Shown here piece by piece: positions 25,801 through 38,304 of a DNA stretch of 63,561 nucleotides. The number at the start of each line of letters is the position of its first letter. Position 1 is the stretch's first letter. The notes beneath the pieces were generated by a model, which saw only the letters and a list, made by a program, of their open reading frames with translations, had not been told where the DNA came from and did not search any database. Source of the stretch: Stylophora pistillata (Eukaryota); NCBI RefSeq assembly GCF_002571385.2, contig NW_019218512.1, forward strand, positions 1 to 63,561, written 5' to 3'. Made by a program: the position numbers and the translations under genes.

Positions 25801-28800
25801 GAATTTTCTTTTAAAGCTTTCAGATCTTAAATCTGATTTCACACTAAATCTGGGTTACCTTAACCCAACTTCAAACAACCCAGCCCAGGTCCAGAGGTCT
25901 GGGTTCCAGACCTGGCTGGATCTATGTGTTGTGTGGTTGGGTAAGACATTTTCATCTCACAGTGCCTCTTTCTCTCTCTCCACCCAGGAGTAGGAATGGG
26001 TACTGGTGAATTGTCAGGGAAGAAAGAGAAAGAAAGTCTTAAGCACTCTAAACAACCAAACGTGTCTAGGTACAATGATAAGGTTGAGATCAAACGTCAG
26101 CATTATCAGGCGCCTCTGGCAGCCTCTTCAGTCCATGTAACAATCTCACCTTCCCACCCATCCCACCCCAGGGGAGGACATCCACCACACAGTAATCTTG
26201 TGCATGGGAAATTGACGTCTTCTACCCCTAACCCTGCAGGAGATGGGGCCTACGGTTTATTCGTCCTTATCCGAGAAGACTAGAATATCTATCCATTTCT
26301 TGGTATTATAGAAAGGTAGTAAATTCTCCTCAGTTATTATAAGACCACGAGTATTGGTCCAGCCAGGGCCCGAACCCTCGACCTCCCGTGCAACAATCTG
26401 GCACTCTAACCAATTGAGCTAACCGGGAGGCTTGATGAAATTCTGGAGGGGGGGGGGGGAAACTGGCATCCCACCCTGGGGATAGTAGTGATACTCCTAG
26501 TTGCTTCATCCTTCATAAAACATGGATGGGCTTCATCTGGTTGTGCCAACAGGCTTGAGTACAGACATTACCTTTTCTCTCCAGAAGTTAATGTCGTGAT
26601 CTGGCATCAAATTCTCCAAGCTATTTTACTAGGAAACTTGTAGCAGTTAGAGGGAGAATCAATATCCCTCTAATATTCATGAATCATCCGGCAAAAGGTT
26701 AATGAGAATACTCAAACTCATCAGAAGTTGTTATTTCAATGTAACATCAAATTTCAACAGCTAATTTACAAGAAAATGTGTAGCAGCAAGAGGGGAGAAA
26801 AAGGGAATTTTTAATTTTTTTAATTTTTTTTTTTTGGACTCGTAGGGTTAATGGTTTCCCACGCTGTGTGTAGCTAGAATTTCCATTTGCTCTTTTCAGA
26901 TTTTAGTAGACGTTAAAAAGATATTTGAGAAACAGCCGTCAATGGTTGAAATTTCTATTCCAGAGGTAAGTCTCTAAATTTGATTTTAAAAACTCTTAAG
27001 ACAAGAAGCAAAAACAACTATTTTTGCTTGGACAAGTTGCTTGATGTGAGGTATTGGATATTGTCCAATGGCAGTGTAATACGAAGCATCCTTTTGTTAT
27101 GTGTTAACTCTGCGTAGATCAGGTGCACTGGTTTCTTTTTCCATAACATCACTTTTAGTCTGCTTTCAACCTGAGAACATGTCTTTATCATTTACCCATG
27201 CACCCTTACCCATCTGCAGCCACATCAAGGAGTAAATGACCTTGGCTTTGCTTGTTCTGGTGATTTCTTTTTAATGTGTTTTCAGTTTTGATTGATTTTA
27301 TGATTTTTCTGTTTCCTTCACAGAATGGAAGATTCACCGTATGTGGTGATATACATGGCCAGTACTATGATCTTTTAAACGTCTTCAATCTGAATGGACA
27401 CCCCTCCCCTGAAAACCCCTATGTATCTTTTTTTATTAATATTCATGAATTTCTTTGGCACAAAAAAATCAAATGAAAAATTACAACATTTGATATCATG
27501 TATTTTATTTAATGAAGATGAGAGGATTTTCACATATAGATATATTTTCTTGGTAAAAAAATCATAGGTGCCGTCTTTGATTTTTAAAATAGTGGAAAGC
27601 TGGGGAGAGGAAGAAATTTGTATCAAGGGGGTGAGCAACAGTCAAAAGGAAGGAGTAGGGAGGGGTGGGGCAAGAAGACACCTGAACTGCAGTCTCTGAA
27701 AGGTGTGACAGGTTAAGATTGTATCGGGGGGGGGGGGGTTTAAAAATGCATTTTTCCTTCACAAAACCACAGCTATTTAACGGAGATTTTGTTGATAGGG
27801 GATCATTCTCATGCGAAGTCATTTTTACACTTTTCAGTTTTAAACTTTTGTATCCTGATCACTTTTTTATGTCACGAGGTGAGTCATTCAAAGGAATAAT
27901 AAAAAAAGGGGGGGTTTTCTTCTAACATTACCAACTGAGCTAGGAATCTACAGGGCAAACTTTAAGTTGGTATTTTGTTTTTTCTTTGAATCATTGTTTT
28001 CTCTTTAGGAAGCGGATGGCGCAGTGGTGAGAGCACTCACCTCCCACCACTGTGGCCCAGAATTGATTCCCAGACCTGGTGTCACATGTGGGTTGAGTTT
28101 GTTGTCGGTTCTCATCCTTGCCCTGAGGGTTTTTCTCCGGGTCCTCTGGTTTTTCTTCCCTCCACAAAAACCAACATTCCAAATTCCAATTCGATCTGGA
28201 AGCAGTGGACAAGAATAGCCACCCAGTGGAATGTCCATTGCTAAATTATTTATTTATCTATTTATTATTAATTAACCCTTTAACCCTTTAGAATGATAAG
28301 CATCTGATTTCTCCACACAGTATCACCCCTGAATCAAACACTAAAGTCAGGAGAAAAAAGGAAATGATTGCTAACTCAAGAAGCTCTTGATTGTTAAACA
28401 AATTCTCCCAGTAAGCGCCATAGCAAATATATAGAGAACAGTATGGAGAATTTGCTGACTGACATAGGGTGGAAAAAGGGTTTAGCGACATTGAACAACT
28501 GATAAATTTGACAAGATTTCATTTGTAAGTATTCATGTTTTTCACAGGTAACCACGAGAGTGTTTACATGAATCAGATGTATGGATTTGAAGGGGAAGTG
28601 AAGTCAAAATATCCTTTTGAACTAATTTTTTTTCTCTACTTTCAGATATATCAATTTTCCAGTGAGTTTTGGGTCAAATTTTTCCTTTGAAAATGTGTAT
28701 TGAACTTTACAATGTGTTACATATACTGCAGATATGTCTGACCTCTTCACAGAGGTGTACAATTGGTTACCTCTTTGTCATCTTATAAACCAGAAAGTGC

Positions 28801-31489
28801 TGGTAAGGCAGTTTGATTTTGAGGTAGCTTGAGAGCAGGCTCGCATTATAAGCGTTGCATGCCACGCATTTTTACACCCACTGGAAGATTTGAGAGGAGT
28901 CAGGGCGAGGTTTGCTAGGAGAGGTCTGGCACTAATAATTATTAGTACCAGACTCTCCTTCAAACTCTCTCCAGCTTGCTTTGCACCAGGCCATATACTG
29001 TCCTGTGGTCGAAAAAACTCTTATGCCAAAGCGATAATAATGACAGCTTGCTTGCAGGCTAATTTTGAGGTTATCGATTGAAACTTAAAGCACGTCTACA
29101 TGTGCCCAGGCACATATAGAGGTAAAATCGAGACTCTGTCTTTTCATGGTTTTCTCATTTATTATGCTTCAAAATACCATGTGCATGCAAAGATTTGTCA
29201 TGCTAAAGGCATCTGAAAAACAAAAATATCGGGTATTTCACATAGTTTCATTTCCTATTTGTCAAAAACTTGGACTCGTGCATGTGCTTGAGAGCCTCAA
29301 CGGCAATTTGCAACTCTTCTGGAGTGTCTGAGTAGGTAAATTCTGAAAAATTTCATTTTCCACTCAGTGTTTTCTTCCCCTAGGTCATGCATGGTGGATT
29401 GTTTAAAAGAGATGATGTTAAGCTCGATGAACTGAAAACTATCGACAGAAATAGACAACCTGGCGATGAGGGTAAATATCACATAGCTTGGACTTAGTTT
29501 GGAGTTTTTCATCATTCAAATAGTCAGTCAGTCAGCCAGTTAGTCAGTTGATCAGTCAGTCAGCCAGTCAATTAATCAATCAGTCAGCCAGTCAATAAGT
29601 CCGTCAATCAGTCACTCAGTCTAACACCACATATCTAACTGAGAATCCGTTTTATTCTGCAGGTCTGATGTGTGAGTTGTTATGGTCGGATCCACAGCCA
29701 CAAGTATGGATTATGTTTTTAGAGAAGTGATGATAACATTTGCCCTAAGTTTTCGTCTCGCCCAGCATAGCTTAACCTTCATATAACACTTGTCATTCCC
29801 CACAGCCTGGTCGATCACCAAGTAAGCGTGGAGTTGGTGTACAGTTTGGCCCGGATGTAACTGAACAATTCTGCAAAAATAACAATCTTGGTGAGTGTTT
29901 TTGCTTTTCTTTGTAATGTTCTCAGAATCAAAGCAAATGCGCTTCTGATAATGGTTACCAGACTCCCCAAGTGTGCAGCTTTTCCCCAAGAGTGACTATT
30001 TTTATAACTAGAGGCATATCCGGGTGTACTGAAGTGCTCATAACACTCAAATCTGAGCAACCGTCTCCGGTTTTCACACTTATTTGGTGTGGAAGTTCTC
30101 TATGGACGGGAAATTTATTACGTGTAAGGTAGATGCTTTCATGTACTTTTGAACTGTTTCTGAGGCCTATTTGTGTAAAGCGAGCTGAGGACCCACGCGA
30201 GCTGAGGACCCACGCGAGCTGAGGACCCACGCATTTAATAACAGGGCTGTGGTCTAGCAGTGCCCGGTGGCTCCGGGCGCCTTACTTTTGCTCTTGGGCG
30301 ACTCATGAATCTTATTATTTTCATAAAAGCTTATGCTGGGCACCCTGGATTTCAGAGTTTCAGAGCACTGGGCTCCCTTCAATTTTTCTTAGAGCACAGC
30401 CTTGAATAAGATGCAAAATTTAAACAAAGCCCTACTTGGTCTCGTGCGTTTTCCCGAACTCGGGATATTTTCCTTGTTTCTACTTTGATTTCTTATTGCA
30501 TTAATTTGCTGTAGTGGTCAGTTCTAATTTTGTTTCTCATGGTTTGTTTATTTTGTCGTGATACAGAATACATCATCAGAAGTCATGAAGTCAAACCGGA
30601 GGGCTACGAAATAGCACACGATGGAAAATGCATCACTGTCTTTTCCGCTCCAAATTATTGGTCAGTTGTGACAAAGCCGCAGATACGTTTCTTTCACGCT
30701 TGTAAACCTTTAACTACCAGGAGTGACTAAGGCAGAATTTCTCCTTACAACATTAATACGATGTCATGCAAACAAGTGATAAGAAGAAAGAAATATATCA
30801 ATTAGGAGATTATTAGTTGATCCAAATCTAAATTCTCCAAACTAACATCATAATAGTTGTATGGCAAAAAGTAAGGAGAATTGCTAATGAGATCTGGGAG
30901 TGAAAAGGTTACTTCCCTTCTTAAAATACTTGTGGTTGTCAAGTCTGCGTACAGTGCAGTTATGTCGATTTTTATGATATGGGAACTTATCTTGCTCGCG
31001 AGGATACCTGCAGCAAGGACGCGCAAGGCACTGCAGAGTTTTTGGTAACGTTTTGTAACCAAAAATTGTTAGTAAAGAATTTTAACGGTAAAAAAATATT
31101 TAGGAATGATGTTTAGTGTGTTACCATTTACTGCAGTGTGTTGCTTCCTTTGCAAGTTTTTTATTCTGTACTTTTTTTTTTATCCTCTAACGTGAGTTTA
31201 CTTTAACAGTGATGAAATGGGAAACAAAGGAGCGTTTATCACAATGGGAACAGACACGAAACCCAACTACACAACATATGATGCTGTGGTAAGTTTAAGA
31301 TCTTCACCGATCTTCGCCCAGACGGCGGGGTTGGAAGGGAGAGGTAAATGTGGGTATGCCCTAGTTATTTGGGTAACATGCCCTAAGGGTACTTTAACTT
31401 CTCTTCTTGTTTTCCCTATTCAGCCTCACCCTGACGTGAAACCCATGGCTTATGCGAACTCCTTAATGTCTATGTTTGGTTTCATGTAA
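19889..31489 (+). CDS. PPP5C: Serine/threonine protein phosphatase 5 (487 aa); exons 19889-19976, 21920-22089, 23015-23086, 23829-23973, 25326-25447, 26900-26965, 27324-27422, 27773-27878, 28548-28608, 28721-28802, 29384-29471, 29663-29703, 29806-29890, 30567-30660, 31210-31288, 31424-31489
   Basis: N-terminal TPRs, PPP motifs GDIHGQ, GDFVDRG, RGNHE, HGG, LLWSDP, IIRSHE and SAPNY, and the PP5 tail [12 protein letters not shown]. Exons sum to 1464 nt in frame. Confidence 0.97.
22118..22408. mobile_element. Tc1/mariner-pogo type MITE
   Basis: TA|CAGTGGAACCC ... GGGTTCCACTG|TA, with internal GATATAACGA-like subterminal repeats. Confidence 0.8.
24634..24763. other. Assembly gap
   Basis: Run of N; a second short gap lies at 37732-37744. 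Confidence 1.
27423..27772 (+). other. Probable U12-type GT-AG intron (PPP5C intron 7)
   Basis: Donor GTATCTTT; branch-like TTCCTTCAC about 10 nt before the AG; no polypyrimidine tract. Confidence 0.75.
28008..28270 (+). mobile_element. tRNA-derived SINE, second family
   Basis: A box TGGCGCAGTGG, degenerate B box TTGATTCC, core GTGGGTTGAGTTTGTTG and a (TTAT)n tail. Confidence 0.7.
28609..28720 (+). other. U12-type AT-AC intron (PPP5C intron 9)
   Basis: ATATCCTTT donor, ACTTTAC branch-like site and AC acceptor. Removal restores EGEVKSK|YTADMSDLF. Confidence 0.92.
29520..29620. repeat. (CAGT)n microsatellite
   Basis: Degenerate tetranucleotide repeat. Confidence 0.85.
30180..30232. repeat. 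17-bp tandem repeat x3
   Basis: GCGAGCTGAGGACCCAC x3. Confidence 0.9.
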
Positions 31490-33922
31490 CTGGCACGAGA
31501 GTTCCACCCTGTAACTTATAACTGCAGACGCCTTCCATCTATCTGGTTGACTTCGTGACATGGCATATCTACTCCAGTTAGTTAAGCAAAGACAAGCTCC
31601 CTCATTTCAATCATTTATATGGTTTGTGCAATCGTCGGTCATATGGAGAACTTACCATGTTTATAATCTATCCATACCGTGAACTGGTTTTCTGCACCAG
31701 AGGACATTCTGTGATCGTTACATGACCAGCAAATCCGTTTGACTCTAAAGGACTATGTTTCGTCTAAATTCTTCGCCACTTTTTTTTTTGTTTGTTTTTT
31801 AATAAAACAGAAGGGAAAACAGCTTTTGAAGTTATCATTTTCCTCAAAATTATCAATTTGAGACCACTACTACGAGAATTTGAAGGCATACCTGGTTACT
31901 AACACTGCGAACTGAAAACAATCAACGCAAATTTCATATCACTTATGTACGACCATCTGGCGAAAATGGGAACCGAAAAAATCTTCCAGTTTAGCCGAAG
32001 AAGACATGCTCTCTGATTAGCCGGGATATCCACTATTTATTCTTTTGGGAATTTAAGATTTTCGGGAAGTGCAAATTTCTTTGAAAGAATTTCTGTTTGA
32101 AAACAGTCTGTCTGACTATGAAAATAAATTCAGAAAAAAAAAAAAAAGAACCTCGATTCTTTGTATTTCATGCTATTAATTAATTTTTCATAAAGTACAC
32201 TGATGATTATGGTTGCGTAGTGCCCAGGGCCTTCTCGGCTTTCAAAATGGCATCTCCCCTAAGTCAGCAGCCAATTTTTTAAAATCGAGAAGGCCCTGGT
32301 GACCAAGTTGCCACAAAATTTGCGCGACCTATCTGCAGGCGTTGTGCATGATTGTAAACTTGTTCTGTGAGCCTTTCTTTTCCTCCAAATCATGTCAACT
32401 GGCCGTCATCACAGGGTTTCCTTGTTTTCTGTCTGAGAGCTCCATTTCCTTGTGAGCACGTGTAACTTGTCCTGGAAATGCATTTTGTAGAAGCGTGTTA
32501 CAGCACACGTGCAAATAAACCATTAAGGCACATACATTACATATTCATGAAAAAGGTTTATTATTTCGCATGTACAATTTCAGTCGTACAGTTACCTTTT
32601 TTGAAGAAAAAGGTTTTCAAATCATGTTTGGTTTTCAGAATATTCTCTGAGCGAGTAGCCACAATAATAATGGCTCCCTGTATCGCAATGAGAGGGTTTT
32701 CATTATTAAAATTTGGCTATTGTAGGAATAATTTGATACTTGATTGTTGGTCAGGAAGCCTTTGTTTTCGTATTATTTTTCAGAAATCTTTTTTTTTTTT
32801 TTTCTGATGAATATGACCGCCCAAGTGTTGACAAGTCCTTTCCTTCCTCTACTCCTAGAACAGGTTTAATTGTTTTCAACTGCAAAATAACTAGAAACAC
32901 GGTACATCTCCCCAGGTATTTTTTAGCTTGGTTTCCATTTAAGAGATTTTTTGTGAGGCAAACCACCGAATTCAAATAGCAGATAAAATTGCTTGAAGCA
33001 TTCTTGAGGTCGCTTAAATTAATTGCATGTTTTCCACTTCCCAAAGCTGTCAGACCGCAACAAAGCCAACCTTTCAGCCGCCAGGTATAGTTTACTCCGA
33101 TCCACAAAGAAAGGAAACATTTACGACCCCGCTACTCAGAAGAGGTTAAGCCTTTTATGAGCGTTTTAATTTTGAACGCAATGTTGTTATTGTTTAAATG
33201 CGTCTCAGATTAAGTTAATCCTTTTTTCCTTCTGAGAAAATCCTTTGTACGTAATCGAGATCTATAGGGAAGCGGATTTTTTCTGTATGATTCAGATGTT
33301 GTCTCATTCTGTTTAGTTAGCCAGCGTTAAATGCAAAACCTTAATTTCGAACACAATTTCAAGCTGTCAGATTAAACCTAACTGCCACATTCACAAACTG
33401 AAATTTTTCCTCAATTTCCTTGCCTCGTTAAACTTTGTTGACATCAAAATAACACTGAAGAGGTTTTGTAAAGTGCACAAAAAAGCAGGTACTATTTTAA
33501 GCTCACTTTTGCAGTTCCCCTCTTCAAAAGATATAGAAATTGCAATCTGTTTTCTGACACTTGACGTCACTTTGGTTTATGAATTCACGGGCCGTCTCTG
33601 ACATTACGTAAAGAAATAATTTGCCAATCACGTATGATAGAATAAAGTAAACAGAGACCATAAACGAACCAATTAGCTTCCAGTTAGTGCTATTTTGTTT
33701 GGAAAAATATAATAAAAAGAGTCTCTGTCTTCCGTTCGTAAGTAAACTCTTCAGATATCAAACAACAAAGCATTTTGCACCCCGATACAGGAGTCATAAG
33801 CGCAACACCATTAAAAGGCGAGCGCGCCTATTGATCAAAAAACGAGGTGAAACATCTTTGCGGTCGAAAGTTCGAGAAAAACTTGTTGTCCCAAGGAAAC
33901 TGTGAAAGACGACAGAGTTTTA

Positions 33923-34393
33923 ATGTCAAGCTACAGCCCAGTTAACGAGATAATGGATCGTAGAGTGAAATTTCCACACGATTTGGTTTTCCATGACATG
34001 GTCAAAGATGGAGACCCTTCAGAAATGTGCTCGTTTCTGAAACGGCCAAGCGTTGATACAGAAATGCTGGTGAACACTGAAGGAGGCCAAGCAAATCCGG
34101 CTTTTCATCAGCTTGTTAAAGACGGGAACTTAAAATGCATTCGAATGCTTGTGACTTTGGGAGCAGATGTTAATATGAGAGATGAAGATGGTTGTACACC
34201 GCTTCACCACAGCGTCACAGCCGGTAATGTAGCAGTGACGAAATTTCTCCTTCGTAGCGGAGCTAACCCTGATATTGGTAATTACGACGGCCAGTGTCCT
34301 GTCGATCTTACAGACGATTTCGACTTGATCGAAATGCTGGTGAAGCATTCACCGGAGGAAATTAGACGAAAAAGCATGGCAGCAGCCAAATGA
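33923..34393 (+). CDS. PP1 regulatory subunit 27-like RVxF + ankyrin-repeat protein (intronless CDS)
   Basis: DRRVKFPHDLVFHDMVKDGD (RVxF PP1-docking motif) followed by ankyrin repeats (GADVNMRDEDGCTPLHH). Size and layout match PPP1R27; first ATG at 33923. Confidence 0.85.
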   Translation: MSSYSPVNEIMDRRVKFPHDLVFHDMVKDGDPSEMCSFLKRPSVDTEMLVNTEGGQANPAFHQLVKDGNLKCIRMLVTLGADVNMRDEDGCTPLHHSVTAGNVAVTKFLLRSGANPDIGNYDGQCPVDLTDDFDLIEMLVKHSPEEIRRKSMAAAK

Positions 34394-36589
34394 GATAGAG
34401 TGCGAGAATTGTTCAAATTTTTGTATATAGAAAGCAGCCTTTGCTTTTAATCTGACTCCTTGACTTAATGGAAACGGTTGAAGGGCTTCGCCGAACGTTT
34501 AACGCGAAGAACTTTGAATATGCGCTGATATAAAGACTCTGTAAATCGCCGGGACACTTCAGCAGAACAGAAAAGAAATAACAACAAAGAACTGAAAATG
34601 TTTACATTCATATAAACGTAAGAATCCTTTGCTCAGTTTTGGTGGAGCTTTTGAACTTTTCTTTATCGTTGTTCACTGGCTGATAAGTTAGACACAAACG
34701 CCGATCATAGAGCCTTTTTGGCAAAAAAAAAAAAGATTCAGAACATTCTAAAGGAGAGATCGGGTTCTAAATGTGGCTGTCGTCGGCAATAAAATGCAAA
34801 ATATTGCGAAAATTCGCTTAATCAAGTACGTGTAAAATATATATTCAATTATTCTGAGTGAGGTTAGGGAAAAGGGTAACATATGAAATATTTATTGCTC
34901 ATCCAAATGCCGCAGATTTCTTCGGTGCCTTTAATTCTGTATAGTTATCGACTTGACGCGGACTTAAATTTATTAAGAATTCTCTCGAAAACAAACCACG
35001 CGGCAGTTTTCGTCGATTGAGCAATCTTGTAGACATACACAAGTCAACAAAGTTGAGCGATATGTAATTTTAGAGTTTGGGCTCATTCAATAAGGTTGTT
35101 GAGTTATACGCATATTAAAAAGAATCCCTTTAAAAAGATTTTCCGTCTGTGAACTGTTTTGTCCTGTTTAGAGAATTCTTTCGGAGGGGTTTTCTTATCA
35201 GTTTGCAACTGCACCATACCTTTTTGATCCGAGAGCAACCATTTTAGTTCCCTGTGATCAGCTGACATTGACATTAGTGGCGAGATTTGCTTGTCGAAAG
35301 GAGTTTCCTTCTCAATAACGAAAACATTTCTTTTCTTGACAAAGCTTTGCCAGGCATTTTCAAATACTGCAGCACAATTTTCGAGACTTTTCTCGGGAAT
35401 CTCGAGCGTTCTTAATGTAAACATTTTCCAGAACTGATATCTGATGATATCTTAAGAAAATAATTGAAAATACTTTTCTTGGCAAACCTAAAGATGCCTC
35501 AATTAAAGAAGGAAGACTAAAGCTGTTTTGATATGAAAGTGTGCTTTTCTCCAGGGAATTAAGAGGAAATTGAATTTTCGGAAACGTAGAAAGTGCTGTT
35601 CCACCGTTGTAGCTTTCATCGTTAAAGGACGAGATGTTACATGTCCACGTTAATTAATAACTGTGATATAAAGTAGATTTTGGTGTAGTAAAATGAAAAA
35701 AAAAGTTTCATCATCGGTAATGCATTGAAAGTTAAATAGCTTCATTTGAATGTAAGCTTATCGCGTAATGACTACATTTTTGTGGTCACCGTTCATTAAG
35801 GTTGAAATGTTTGGTATACAGTCCAGTAGAGGGTTACTGTGGCTTTTAAAACGAAAGGCTTGAAAGTGGACAGAGCTACCTTAAAACTTCAGTAGTTTAA
35901 CGCTAAATACCGAGTTAATTTTTAATCCGCCGAGACTCTATAGCGTACTTCAACGGACAAAAACGCTAGATTATCAACCGAAGAACTTGTTGACCACTCA
36001 ATTCTTCGCAAAGAAAGAAGTTTAAGTGTGTTTATGGAAAAGTGTTTCATCGGCGATTGAGCTTTATTTCCTGTCAGAGACGTAGGTATGTATTTTATGC
36101 TATAAGGACCCGGTTAAAACGACTTCTTTGCTTTTTGACAAAGGATTTTGGAGTAGAAGCGTAAATGCGTTTCTAAGCCACGTCATTAGTACTGTATTCA
36201 TGTGCCGTCTAATTAAATTTGGTGACGAATGTAAAAGACAGTGATTCTGTAATCCCTTCTTTGTTGAGTTATCGCACCTTGTAGACACTACTGTGCGCAA
36301 TTGAGTCATGAATGACGTAAAGACTCCATTTGAGTACCAAGTGTAACAGAGCATTGTTTGCAAGACTTGGCGCTAATTTGTCGCACTTCTTGTCTCATGG
36401 TATTCTAACAAAAAAAAAAAAACCTCCACAACATAAAAAAGTGAGTATCGACCCGGAATCTATTAGTCACCCTGTGCTAGTAACAAAAGAAGGTACTGTT
36501 TGTAGAGCCTGTAAATTCTTTCGGTGTATTTGTATGGAAAACTAAAATTTTTTTTTAATCGTTTCCGGGATTTTCCGAGGTTAAAATAT

Positions 36590-37400
36590 CTTTAAAACCG
36601 ACGTTTCGACCAGTTTTACTGGTCTTTCCTTTAGTCTTTCAGCTTGGTAACCGCACATGATGTTTCGTGATCATTATATGACTTTTAAACGATGTCAAAT
36701 TGCGCGGGAAATGTAGTCTGAGGTTTGTCAAGTATTTCTATTTTTGCGATAACTCCCTGCCCATTACAGTCTTTTTTCATGATCAAAGAAGGAGTTTAGG
36801 ACTGGTTTCCATGCTTCAACGTGATCAAAATTGTTAAGGACTCTCATTCCGCGATGTTTCTGACGTAGTGACTCAATTCCTTCTAATACTTTTCTTTGCT
36901 TTAATCCTCTCTCTGTTGCTACGATCTCTGCGTTTCCCTAATCAACACCGCTTTGGCACTCCACGGTGTGTTGTGCTAGGCCTCCATCTTCTTTGCCCAT
37001 CCGTTTTTCGGCCGATAGAATGTTTCCTTTATGAAGGTCCTCATTTGTTAGTCTCACTTTGTCCATGTATTCTTTCTTTCTTGTTTGGAAATGGCATGTG
37101 TGTTTAATCTCTTTTACCTTTCTTCCAGGCTTGAAAGCAACTCGAAAAGAGTGACGGTTAGCAGTTCTTCTGAACTGCTCAGATAACCCTTTTAAATATG
37201 GTATGGTCACGACTCCACGGCTTTCCTTTTCTTCCTGTTCTCTTTTGTCTACCTGTTGAGGTCTTTGTTCCATAAATCTTCTCACTGTTTCTCTGGAGTA
37301 TCCACTTGCTAAAAAAACGTCTTCGATATTGTGTAGTTCGTCTTCCAGGTGTTCTTCATCACATAAAGCCATTTGTATGGAAGGTTGATAAGTTTTGGTG
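36590..37400 (-). mobile_element. Penelope-like element fragment (RT C-terminus, GIY-YIG remnant, terminal repeat)
   Basis: GVVTIPYLKGLSEQFRR..RVAFKP, GLAQHTVEC..VD*..RKVLEGIES, and a hammerhead-like motif at 36598-36636. Confidence 0.8.
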
Positions 37401-38304
37401 TGTCCCAGCCTCGAGCCCATTCTCTAACGGACAAGCGCTTGGATTATTCATTAAGAATTTAAGCGGGCGTGTTTGAACTTGCCCGCCCCGAGTACTCGGA
37501 TGGAAGGGTTCTTGTGCGAATTGCCTGGGAAGGCTGTCCAAGCGGGTCCTCTCACGACCATCCCTGGTAGCACTGGGTGTAGCGTTTACGGCGACCAAAA
37601 TCTAAATTCTCAAGTTCAAGGGCGTGTCGCTCCAAAACGCGGTTAACGAGGTGTTTGGGACTATTTTACTGATCAAAATGACAACCCAAAGTTGACTGTT
37701 TGCACGAATCTTTATTCTTGAAAGGCAATCGNNNNNNNNNNNNNNGGGCTTTCTAATATTCTTCTTAAGCAGTTAATTTGCAGTCAACCGTTCTATAGTC
37801 CTCCCCCTACCTTTCTACCCTGTTTCTCTGTTGGCGACGACTATTCCCCCTCTGTTCCTTCTACAAATCACGTGAGTCCCCCTCCTCAAATAATCTTCCA
37901 CCACCTCCCAGGCCATAAATAATGACTTGTTCCAAACAAAATGTCGTCGACATCTTCAAGTAATTTGCATTCAGACAAAGTTACTCTATTCTTCTCAAAA
38001 ACATAATATAGTTTATTTCAATCAAATATCGCTCACATGACAAAAACGAAACGCTTGTTGATCCAAACTGTTCAAGATACGTATCACTCTAATAATTGTA
38101 GTATTAGTAAAAGAAAAGAACTGTTTACTTGTTACTGTTTTATTTTTATTTCATGGAACATTAAAAGCCAATTTACACAACCCGCATATGGCATTAGCTG
38201 GTCTTGGTGGGTATTAGTAATAAATAAGTAAATACCATTGAACGTTTAGATGTTCTAGGACTAATTCCGCGTAAAAAATGTTATCAGTTAGATAGCAGAA
38301 GATA

